Assembly (NCBI GenBank): GCA_020137815.1
Contig: CM035352.1
Coordinates: 8,370,001 to 8,434,000 of the forward strand
Source of the DNA: Hormiphora californensis
Taxonomy: Eukaryota > Animalia > Ctenophora
DNA: 64,000 nucleotides
Direction: 5' to 3'
This document shows, piece after piece, positions 11,901-24,000 of this stretch (the first letter of the stretch is position 1; every line of letters begins with the position of its first letter). A program made the position numbers and the translations under genes. Below the pieces are notes generated by a model, which was given only the letters and a program-made list of their open reading frames with translations, was not told where the DNA came from and did not search any database.

Positions 11901-14175
11901 AGGGAGAGAGAGATGAGAGAGAGAGCATGAGACGAGAGGAGAGAGCCGAGAAGGAGAGGCCGATTGGAGATGTTATCCGAGAGGAGAGAAAATGAATGAG
12001 AGAGAAGTAAGAGAGGACGCTCGAGTAGGAGGACGACTCCGAGCTAGCATTCGCGAGGCATGACCATCGGAGAATGAGCTCGAATCGATAGACACGATCC
12101 ACGAGTATGACCTTCCCCCCCCCCGAGAGAAGTTATGAGACGCGCGCGAGACGCACCACGACCGAGTACAGAGAGAGGACGAGAGAGAGGAGAGAAGGAA
12201 AAGAGAGGCAGAGGAGAGGGGACACCTATTCACAGATGAGAGAGAGAGAGTGGATCTTCGAGAGAGGAGAACCGAGAGAGAGAGGGGAGGAGAGAGCTGA
12301 TGAGAGGAGCTGGGGGGTGTGTGTTGGAGAGGGAGAGACAGAGAGAGATATCGAAGACGGAGGGACGAGAGGGCGACGACGACGAAGAGGAGAGAGAGAG
12401 AGAGGAGGCGAGAGAGAGGAGAGAGAGGAGAGAGAGCGTGATGGGAGAGACGATGAGAGAGAGGAGAGGGGATAGAGAGAGAGAGAGAGTGAGAATGAAG
12501 AGAGAGAGAGAGGATGAGAGAGGCGAGAGAGCGAGAGGAGAGAGAGAGGAGCGAGGAGAGGAGAGAGAGAGAGAAAGAGAGAGAGGAGGAGGAGGAAGTT
12601 GAACCATAGTGTACCATAATTTTCCCACGCATGTAGGGGAAGGGGGGGGGGCAGGGTACGCCATGGCCCCAGTACTTTTCATAGTATGGCCCCCCTGTGC
12701 AAAGAATCTACAGGGAAAGCCACGATTCGTACTGCACTTTTCACCTCTTGCCATGATAAAAAACAATCATAGTGTCCGACTCAGACTAGGCCTCTCTCTC
12801 CCTCTCTCCCCGCCCCATCTCTCCCCTCTCTCTCCCTCCCCTCTCTCTCCCCGGCCCCCCCCCCATCTCTCCCAATCTCTCCTACAGGTTCCTCGGTCCG
12901 GAAAGGACTTTAAGCTATACGACACTGTGCTCCCCAGCACCGAACTTCAGCTCGGTGGTCTCTGTGGAGGGGTGTGGGGTGGATGTTATATCTGTGATAG
13001 GAAACCCACCTTCAAATGCTCACAGTGTTACCTGAATCAGGTATGTGGTTATCTTTAACAGGTGTAGTGTGTCGGTAAGTTTGTGTGGTATGTATGTGTG
13101 TTTGTGTAACTGTTTTTTTGTCGGTAAGTTTGTGTGTCGGTAAGTTTGTGTGTGTGTAGTGTATGTATGTCTGTAAGTTTGTTTGTCTTGTACCAGTGGA
13201 GAGATGGATTTAGACAGGATATCTCTTGTCTTGGTATACACACAACATTTCTCTACTCATTTGAATATTTTAAAATTTTAAGTGTGCTTTATGACTTGCT
13301 CAATATATATGAACTCTGACCCCCCTGCTATGTTAACCCTCCCCTTTTTACCAGGATTTCAAGAGTGTATACAGTGCAGTGCCATTTTGTACAGCGTGCT
13401 GCAAGGTGGTCCACTCCCACCCTGATCGACAGGACCACACACCTGAACATGCTACTAACCCTACCATACGTACGTTTATTTTAGGTTGTCTCATAAACCA
13501 AGGGATAATATATATAAAATATATTTTATGGGAGACCCTAATATGTTACACCTTTGAAATGTTACATGATCATGATACCTCGTTCTAATGCCTTGTATTG
13601 CTCACAATCATATCCTCTAGGTGGGTTAAAGATGGTATTGTCAGCAGTATTGTGTATTCACACTAGTCACTACGTTACCTACTGTCGGGTTCCTGCTCCA
13701 CCATCTAACCCCTCTCCACCACCTCCCCAGTGTGAGTTGAAGGAGGGATAAAGGGGAGAAAGAGAGACAGAGACAGAGACAGAGACAGAGACAGAGACAG
13801 AGACAGAGACAGAGACAGAGACAGAGACAGAGACAGAGACAGATTTGTGTCTAAGTATCCTATATTAATATGTTCTATCCTATATTCTTCCCCTCTCCAG
13901 TGGTTGACGTTGAACCGATCAACTCAACAGACCCCGACACCAACAGTACTGCCTCTGAACCTGGTTATTGCTGGGTATTCTTTGACAGTATGGCGGATCG
14001 GAACGGTGGACAGGGTGGATACAACATTCCAATAGTGGAGGAATGTCCGCAATTGGAGGAGTGGCTGGGCAACCCATCCCGACTTCTTCACGAGAGAGAC
14101 CAAACACCCGACTTTGTGAAACGATTAATTTCAGATGCCCTTTTGTGTTTTTATGTTAGAGATGAGAGTAATTGA
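7807..14175 (+). CDS. CYLD: Ubiquitin C-terminal hydrolase CYLD (three CAP-Gly domains, USP domain, B-box insert), multi-exon
   Basis: Three CAP-Gly motifs (GIWFGIKL..GDSDGSVDG; LGVELETPTGDSDGAYRG; AGLELED..GNDGIYDGVRYF). Cys box RGIQGNRNSCYLDATL, then VNPLR, EEKEPEELL, QVPRSGK, a CxxC B-box, His box AVLCIHTSHYV and WVFFDSMADRNG. The start codon is uncertain, and there is one apparent +1 frameshift near 11011. Confidence 0.95.
11890..12600. repeat. Degenerate GA-rich low-complexity tract in a CYLD intron; an (AGAGAC)n run also lies at ~13761-13840
   Basis: Irregular GA/AG repeats. The ORFs called here are poly-ER/SL artefacts. Confidence 0.85.
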
Positions 14176-14489
14176 AATGATGATAGTATTAATTCTGTTT
14201 TTAGGCTTTTTTATTCCCTTTAGTAGCCTAAACAACGACTCGTGTGAAACTCTACTATGTTTATCATGTATCGCTAGTTTTCTAACCTCCGAACCTGCTC
14301 AAAGTGGCTGAGGGCGCGCGGGATAGCCGCCCTGGTTTGAGCCGCGCACTCAGTGCGTAGATCACCTCGATATCCGGCCAGTGAGACCTCATGACGGATC
14401 CCTTTGGTTACAGTTCCCTACCATTTTATACCATCATTCGGTTAAGAAAAACTGCTAAAAACCATCCCATTCCCCTTTATAGACATGGT

Positions 14490-15019
14490 ATGTGGTTGCA
14501 GGTGTTCAGGAGAGTTGTCACCAAAAAGAAAGGCATCCTCCTCCTTGCAACATCCCCTGGTATCCTCTACCTCTGTCCTCCCTGCCAAGAGGGCAGGGTG
14601 CTCAACAGACACATCTACCATGACGTACCAGAATCAACAGCTCGCCTTTACTCACGGGTACGGTAGCACTATAGCATACTATAATGCTCTGAAAGGGGTA
14701 GGGGTAGGAAGAGTCATTACCCCCCCCCCCCTGACATTTGCAATTTTCATATTCTTTTTACATGATTTTTCTGTCCGGCCAATGCTTTGACAGTGATTGT
14801 TGCAGGTATTCAAGAGGATATATTTCGCCGTTAAGACGATAGCAAAAGTTATTCAGATTATCATCTATTTAGTTCCATTGTCAATAGGTAATTGTATAGT
14901 CATTATACTTTTAGAGTGATTTAGTAACCCTGCCAAGATAAGAATTTGTATAAAAATATATTTTCTTGAGTTAGTAGGTACTCCTTTGGCCTTTACACCT
15001 TTACTGATACCTTCTCAAT

Positions 15020-15059
<40 letters not shown>

Positions 15060-18000
15060 TCAACAGGTTACCTGATTAGTAGAACTGGACTGCTATCCCG
15101 AGATACCGTCCTGCCCTGGCTCCGTTACTCTCTAGTCCAGCTGGGTCCGTGCTGGGTAAAACTGGGACAATGGGCAGCCACCAGAGCAGATCTCTTCCAA
15201 CCCGATATATGCCGAGAACTGTCTCTTCTACACTCGTATGTCTAGTATTGAAATAGCAATTCTTTCTTGTTTCGTCTTATCATTTATAAACTTCTCCTGT
15301 TGACATACCGACCCCAAAACAGTGTGTAACTACTGTGACGGTGGCAGTATCAGCAAATATTACAACTACCCCCCTTGTTCAGATATGTGTACACTCACCC
15401 ATGGAGTGCTACGGAGAAAGCAATAATTAGGAGTTTTGGGGGTGACTACCCAACATGGTTATCACTCAACCAGAATCCCGTAAACTCTGGGGCAGTTGGG
15501 CAGGTCTATAGGGGCACTATGCAGGTAATTATAGAGTTTCGGTCCTCCAGCACACTGTGACGTATTGTGCCTACCTAGTTTTATGATTCTCTACACCTTT
15601 GGCAAGCTGTCAGCTGCCAATGATCTGATCGCTGCATTCTCGCTCGCTCTTTATCTTATTTGAAAGAAACGAGAATGGGGTCAGACCAATGCTCTGACAG
15701 TGATCCAATATCACTCATACCCCATCTCATACCCCATCTTATACCTCATCTTATACCCCATCTTATACCCCCATCTCATACCCCATCTTATACCCCATCT
15801 CATACCCCATCTTATACCCCATCTCATACCCCCATCTTATACCCCCTCTTGTACCCCATCGAATACCCCATCTTATGCCCCATCTCATACCCCATCTCAT
15901 ACCCCATCTTATGCCCCATCTCATACCCCACCTTATACCCCATCTTATACCCCATCTCATACCCCATCTCATACCCCATCTCATACCCCATTTTATACCC
16001 CCACTCATAACCCATCTCATACCCCATCTCATACCCCATCTTATACCCCATCTTATACCCCACCTTATACCCCCTCTTATACCACATCTTATACCCCATC
16101 TTATACCCCATCTCATACCCCCATATTCCTTTATTATATTACAGAGAAGTGAGGATGCCTCTCCAGTTGCAGTTGCAGTAAAAGTCCTCCACCCCAACAT
16201 ACGGATTGACACGGACATAGATTTATTTCTGCTGGGTGCCGGGGCCTCTTTTCTCGAGCTATTCCCCCCTCTCAAGTGGTTGGATCCCAGACAGAGTGTG
16301 GAACATTTCGGTGATGCTATGAGACATCAGGTAACTTTTGTTATATGTGCTTTATACCACCCCCGTCCCATTGATGTTCAATTACTCATTTTCCCACTGC
16401 AATTGAACCTGCCCCCTCACCCTCCTTCTCCCACTGCAGTTGAACCTGATGGTAGAGCACGAGAACCTGGCCACATTCAGGAAAAACTTTGAAGGGCACG
16501 GGAATGTCCGTTTCCCCGAACCCTTCCTATCATCAAGTGACGTCATAATAGAAAGCTTTGAAGAGAGCATCCCCATCTCAGTTGCTATCCTCCATGGGTC
16601 TACTGAGGATAAGAGGGTGCTGGCTAAATCAGGAATCAGAATGTTCCTTAAAATGGTAAGAAGGAGGGCTTGGAGTCGAGTCGCTTGATACTCATACGGT
16701 GTCCGTGAACAATTCAAGGTTAGGGTGGTACCTTTGTAGCATCTTGGCCGAATGGGGGGGGGGCACGATTGTCCAATTCATAGCCATACTTTCCATCTTT
16801 GTCCTCCTTCTCTCACTCCCATAATCCCAGTTTAAACCCCCCCCCCTCTATACAGGTATTCCAAGACAACCTGATCCACGGGGATCTCCACCCTGGTAAT
16901 CTACTGGTATCACGTGACAGTCCTGACCAGCTTGTTGTACTTGATGTTGGCATGACAACCACTCTCCAGGACAACCAGAAACAAATGTTATACCCCCTCA
17001 TACGCTCCTTCATAAAACATGTGAGTTATGTTTTCTAGATAGCCGGATATAATAGGGGTGAGGGGGTCTCATGTTAGTTGTTGGTATACTACCGATAGTA
17101 CGGAAGTTTTTTTTTAAATTACCCACATTTAGAAAACAAACACATCAATTGTCATCAATACATACATAGGTAGTTATTAGTTATTACGGTAAAATTGTTC
17201 TTCATCATACATAGTCCTTTTCTTGCTCCGGCTTCTCCCCTTCCTCCACAATTTTAGTTGGAAACCCTCTTTTCTTCTTCCGCATTTTCCTAAATCTTCA
17301 TCTTCGCTAGACTGAAGGGTCTCCTGTTAGTACAAGGCCATTTTGAGCTTCCTATCACCTTCCAATGATTCCTTGCCACAGTTGCTAGTGTCCCATCCGG
17401 TTCTTCCATGACCTCTGCTTCACTCTCTTCTGCTTCAGTAGTCACTTCTTCAGATTCGTTTTCACTCTCAAATTCATCTTCCTCATCCTCTTCACTATTT
17501 GCCGAAGACGAAGAGGACGTAGATAGTAGAAATATAAAGTACTCATCCTCCCTTATTGCTGCAACCAACTTACAACTAATTTCTGCTTCGGTGATCAGCT
17601 CAACAGCCTCAGCTAAAACAGATAGGGAATCCCATTCACAAAGATTAAAGTTGAAGTTTTCCAACCAATAGTTAAGAAGTGGAATCGGTTGCCTAACGGT
17701 TAGTAGAGCGAGGGCTTGCTGCATAAATTCTTTTACAAGATCGAACTCAACCACCATCACCATTACCAGATCCAAATGGGACCGCTTTGTTGTTTCTGCT
17801 AGTAACCGTGAGATACGGAACAGCAATTTTGTTTTGTTTTGCGGGACGACACGAAGAAGGAATTCCAGTGGACGTCTGTCTGAGTACTGAACCGCTGAGT
17901 CGAGAGCCAGAATAGCGTAGTTCCAATAGGCATCGAAGTCATCGCATGGTATAGGGAGGTTTCTCTTGTAGAACTCTAAACATCCATCCTTTGCCCAATC

Positions 18001-21000
18001 AACTTTGAACACATTTACCATTTTCACAAAATCACTTAAAACTTTGAACTCTGTGGTATCCAGTAAAATTTCCAGTTTCCCTGTGTAACAGGCATCAGCA
18101 AATATTCTAACCGACTCTGGTTCAAAGTCTGACACATCATGCTCTAGCTCCCCCTCCTTTTCAATAAAATCCATCAGGACTGGAGAATTGAATGCTAGGA
18201 CGAGGGAATTTAGAGGAATTTTAGTATTATCCTTCAGAGAAAAGATTGTGTTGCTATTCAGAGCAGAAAGGGACAGCTTCTCCCTTCCGAAATCGAATCC
18301 CTTTGAAACATCTACATCGCATGAAAATGGTTGATCGTGAATCAAAAAGATGGCCACTGATTTATAGCAAATTTTCTCCCTAAACACTATCTTTTGCCCC
18401 AAGTTTCCTGTTCTTGTTTCAACCGAATCTGGCCCTCGTATGGTGATTATTACCGCTCCACTTGGAAAGTTTGACTCCTGTTGACCTTCTAGGTTGTACT
18501 TCTTTATTTTGAGTACTAAACTGGTAGACTTAGCTTTATACCCTGATATTCTCCAAATCGAGTTGTTAGCTTGTTGACTGCTGGTTGTCAAATCTTTACC
18601 AGCCCCGAGAAAGTCCTTTGCCATTCGATGAAAAGTAATGTAAGGAGATTTAGCTCGAGTTACAATGGGTGGCCCAAAGTAGCTTTCCTCTATCGATATT
18701 TTAGCATCTATCGTAAAAGATTCGACCTTGGCTAGCTCTTCTAAAGGCTCAAAGGATATGGACCTACCAGATACACATGTACTTGAAAACGTCCGAGAAA
18801 AGGTTGCATTTACTCCAGTGGTAATGTTAGTCATAGTAAATGATGCTTTACACATCCACTCCTTTGTTGATTCTAACGGTTTACAAGAAGGGACTACTCC
18901 AACGAATTTGCCACGTTTATACAACCCAATCCGCAATGAAACCCCTTGTAAAGTGCGAGATTCGCTGTACGATACGTCTGGTAAGCACTGTAGTGCAGAG
19001 AACAGAAAGTCCGTTTGGAATGTAGTAGTAGTGGCCATATGGTCTGCCTAAAGGAGAAAAAAACATAATTGGAAAAAAGAAAAGTTCGACAGACAACTGA
19101 CAGTGGCAAGTAAACATTAAACAACAATTGCTAGTTTGAAATTTCCAAAAGAAAATCTAAAAGGAGGCTAGTGAAACATGAAACTTGTACTTTTTTCCGT
19201 TTTTACCCACCTAGTTCAGAGACATCATCCCTTCTTCAAGGACCAGCACTCCCGAATACACATTGCATGTTCTCTGAGATATCAGCTGGGGCAGTAACCA
19301 AGGCAGCGAAAATGTTATCCGGATCAGGAGGACCATCAGGGGCTGACTCCGATCTATGGAAGCATATGCTGCTATCTAAAAAACTCAGTCCTGCATCTTC
19401 CGAGCTAGCGCAGGCTATTGCCACCTTTGCCTTCAAACTAGCAACAGAACCTACAGATCCAAAACTTTTATCAGCCTATGTTGCATCTCGCTTGGTTCCA
19501 CTGAGCAAACGGCCAACAGGTATCAGGCCCATTGGAATAGGGGAAGTTCTGAGGAGACTGGCTGGAAAAGTCATTACCCAAGCTCTCAAACCAGACCTGA
19601 TAGAGTGTACTGCACCCGTCCAGCTGTGTGCAGGGTTGGAAGGCGGCGTTGAAGCTGCTGTTCACGCTGCTAGAGACTTGTTTGATCTTGAGAGTACTGA
19701 ATGTTTATTGTTAATTGATGCGAGTAATGCTTTCAACTCCCTAAATCGAATTGCTGCCTTAAACAACGTTAAATACACTTGCCCTGAATTTAAGATTTAT
19801 TTACAAAATACATATGGACTAACCGCGAACTTATTTTTATGCGATGGCGAGAACAATGAAGTTTTGAAGTCGTCTGAAGGGACAACCCAGGGAGATACTG
19901 CTGCTATGCATATGTACGCTTGCTGCCTAATGCCGCTTATACGGTCTGTTGAGGATAAGGACTCTAAATTGACTCAAATCTTTTACGCAGACGACGGCCT
20001 TGGCGGGGGCACTCTCAGTACTGTAAAAACCTGGTGGGAGAAAGTTAAACAAGATGGACCTGGTTATGGCTATCTCCCAAATCCAGGGAAATCCTGGCTG
20101 ATTGTGAAACCAGAATTTGAAGAAGCTGCTCGATCCATGTTCCCTGATGTAAACATCACTTCTCAGGGCCAGCGTTACCTGGGTTCATACATTGGTACGG
20201 AGGAAGGTCAGGCAGAGTTTGTGAGGAACGAAGTTGCGAAATGGGAGAGTGAAATTGATCAGATTTGTGATATTGCCCTGAACGAACCTCAGCTTGCATA
20301 CACTGCATACAACATCGGACTATCAAAACGTTGGAGCTATCTCATGAGAACCACTCCTGGGATTTCGGACCAACTAGGCACTATTGAGGAGAAAATTCAT
20401 CAGAAGCTCCTCCCGGCGATAACCGGTCAGCCAGTTGTAAATGAAACCTTGAGATTGGTTGCAGCCCTCCCTGTAAGATTCGGAGGACTAGGAGTAGACA
20501 ACCCTCAAATATCATCAGACTCAGACTACAGTTTCTCAAAGTTTGTTACTGAAGAGCTCTCAGTTGCAGTCCTAGCTCAACAGGAAACATTCAAAATCAA
20601 CCAAAAGGAACGAGCAGAGAAGAAAACCCTCATCCACCGAACCAAGAACGATATTCATCAGAAGAAAATCGACGAGATCAAAAACATGATGACTACAGCT
20701 GAAATCAGAAACCTGGACCTACTCATGGAAAAGGGGGCCTCATCCTGGTTAACATGTCTCCCTCTCCAATCTTTGAACTTCACCCTCACAGACAGGAGTG
20801 GCACGACGCCATGTCAGCCCGTTATAACCTGCCTCTCGTCGGACAGGCCTTACCTCAGCATTGTGCATGTGGGGAAGAAAACACCATCGATCACCTCATA
20901 TCCTGTAAACTCGGAGGGTTTTGTATGTTTCCGACACAACAACGTGAGAGATTTCATTGGCCACGAACTGAATAAAGTATGTGTCCGACACTAAGATCGA

Positions 21001-24000
21001 AACCCCATCTCTAAATGTAGAGGGGAATCTTCCAGCTGGACACTAAACAGCCGATTGCGCCAGATCTTGAAATCAGTAGTGCGCGGTTTTGTAGGATATG
21101 GACAATATCATTTCGATGTAAGGATTTCAATCCAAGGATATCGTCCAACGCAACCAGACCATCGCCTGTAAAACATATGAAAAACACGTAGAGAGAGAAG
21201 AAAACATCACTCCAACCGTTGTCCTAGAGGTTGGAAAGTCACATTCACACACGGTCATGTCAACGACAGGGGGCGCTTGGAAGGGAATTTAATAAGACTT
21301 TGAAAACAATGTGGCTGAGAGAAGGGACTAAAACCAGGATATTCATACGATCAGTGTATCCGGTACCTGAGGCTAAGGTTGTCATTTGCCATGGTCCGCT
21401 CCGTCACCATTTCCATCAGGGGGCACCGCGGACGACTGAGGGCAGAAGGCAGCAGCGGTCGGGATGACAGTATCTACCAAATAGACTAAATCTTTTATTT
21501 ATATAATTTATTGACCCCGTTTGTTTAATTTATTATTGACATTGTAAGTGTGTGTACCACTATTTATATTCAAGGCCAATATCGGCCGACCCCCCCCCGT
21601 TTTTACCTTCCTACATATCACTTGTGTAAATACGCGACCCCAATCACGCCGGGTCTCACATATTTAGTCCTGTTTGGCAACACAAGGGGGCCGACTCATT
21701 TTTATAAGCTCTGTCCCAGACTAGATATAGACGTCTGGGACAACATCAATTATCTAGGCTTGTCGGGCTATCCGGGATTAATATTTTATATACGTGACGT
21801 GTGTAGGTACGTGTACTGTGTGTGCGACATATTCCCATATATTCGATATTGTCTGTCCCATCTAAATTCCCTTTACCCTCAAATGTACCGGGATTCTCTG
21901 TCAGGCCAATGCTCTGACCACAGTTCTCGCGCGCTCCGAGAGAAACGAGAATGGGTCAGGCCAATGCTCTGACAGGGGATTCTCGGAGGAACTTTACCTC
22001 CCCCCCTCCGGTAAATCGGGGTCCCACTGTGGCAATGTAACAACGGGGGGAGGAAGCCAGCCCTATGGACCCCCCCCCCCCCCCCGCCAACAAATCCGTG
22101 TCAATAACTCACTCTTTCAGGAGTACGAGGAGGTATGTTGGAGGTTGCTACGTGACGCTCCCTGTAACGATTGTACCAACCCAGCCCAGTTCGTTAAGGA
22201 GATGTCAGCTGTAGTGCAAGAAGTAGCATCCACCAGAATTATGCTAGGACAATTAGATGTCAGCGGTTTAATTGTCCGCTTCCTATCAACTCTACAGAAA
22301 CACAAAGTTCAGTTAGAGAGCGGGTTTGTTAGTACTATTGTATCAGTTCTAGTGTTGGAGGGGGTGGGTAGGGCGGTACCTGGAGTCCACCTGACGTAGA
22401 TATTCTCAAGGAAGCTGCCCCATTTATTATTACCCGGTTGCTACAAGTAATGGGGAAGAATGAATATAATAGGCTGTAATTTTTATTGTCGTTATAGTGC
22501 TTGTCGGTATATTGGAAAACGTTTTGTCTCAGATCTTGATATACGTAACACTTATAGAGGGCCGGGAATATCTATTTATGAAGATTTGTAAGATTTATTT
22601 TGTCAGAAGTGTTGTATACGAGAAGAAAAAGATTGTGTTTTTGTGGATTGTGGGTTTAAATCAACGTAAATTCAGCGAAGGGGCAATAAAAACTGAAAAT
22701 GGTAAAAATAAAAATACAAAAAACTGATAAAAAGGTCTTTTTTCGAAGTCAGAATGAATGTAAGAGAATTAGGGTTTAAAGTTTATTTATTGGGGCTGGA
22801 CAATATCACATAACACGGGATTCCAGGCACTACTTTTTTACAGTGACAAAAAACACGGACTATTAGCAATTGACAAGATGTACACGCACAGAAGCAAATA
22901 TCTCGTTCTCTGCTCTTCTATTCTCTCCTCTTCTCTCTCTGCATCTTTTTCTCTTCTCTTCTTTCTCTTCTCTTCTCTTCTCTTCTATTACTCGCTCCCC
23001 TTCTCTTCTCTTCTCTTTCTCTTCTCTTCTCTTCCTTCTCTTCTCTTCTCTATCTTCTTAATTAGTTCCCATCCCACTCCTGATCTGCTATCTCCTCACT
23101 CTCTGAATCACTCCATGGCATTGACAGGCCGGCGGACTCTCAGGATGGCCATAACATCCATATGGGCCATATTGGCTCCTGCAGCTGTTTCGCTGTCGCA
23201 GCACCTGATGGGGATATTTTATGAAGGAGCAAAGTTTAGTTTTATTAAGGAGCAGTTGCTGATGGGAACGAGGGAGAGAAAACATACCTTCTGAGGGAGT
23301 CAGGGAGTATCCCTGAATCTCGTATAGCATGTTCCTCGGTTTCCCACTCGCTGCTGGGCTGCTGCCGGGAAAGGTTTGAGATGTGATGCTGTGTTACTGC
23401 TAGAGGGCGGCAAGGTGCTTTAGGTGCTGAGGGCGCCCGCGGAGCAGGGTGGTGCCATTGGTGAAAACTTAAAATTTTTAAAACCCTTTTGAACCCTTTC
23501 CTTTTATAAATCGTGTTTCTATCCTTAAACATTTCCAGTTTCCCTGTGTAACAGGCATCAGCAAAGATTCTAACCGACTCTGGTTCAAAGTCTGACACAT
23601 CATGCTCTAGCTCCCCCTCCTTTTCAATAAAATCCATCAGCACTGGAGAATTGAATGCTAGGACGAGGGAATTTAGAGGAATTTTAGTATTATCCTTCAG
23701 AGAAAAGATTGTTTTGCTATGAGCAGAAAGGGATAACTTCTCCCTTCCGAAATCGAATCCCTTGGAAACATCTACATCGCATGAAAATGGTTGATCGTGA
23801 ATCAAAAAGATGGCCACTGATTTATCGCAAATTTCCTTCCAAAACACTATCTTTTGCCCCAAGTTTCCTGTTCTTGTTTCAACCGAATCTGGCCCTCGTA
23901 TGGTGATTATTACCGCTCCACTTAAGTCATGGAAATGTTGTCAAAAACTGCCCGAACCTAGAAATCATTAGGGGCAAGCTAATTTTTGCACAATCCGATA

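Noticed and set aside
11973-12766. Long ORFs rich in ER/SL (also 2495-2683, 22870-23294, 31348-31738, 54908-55182)
   Set aside because: Translations of GA/CT microsatellite tracts with no domain content.
15660-16275. Repetitive ORFs on both strands (IPHL, SYTP, MGYK, MRWG)
   Set aside because: Products of a stop-free 12-bp intronic minisatellite; the ADCK2 exon resumes at the AG near 16144.
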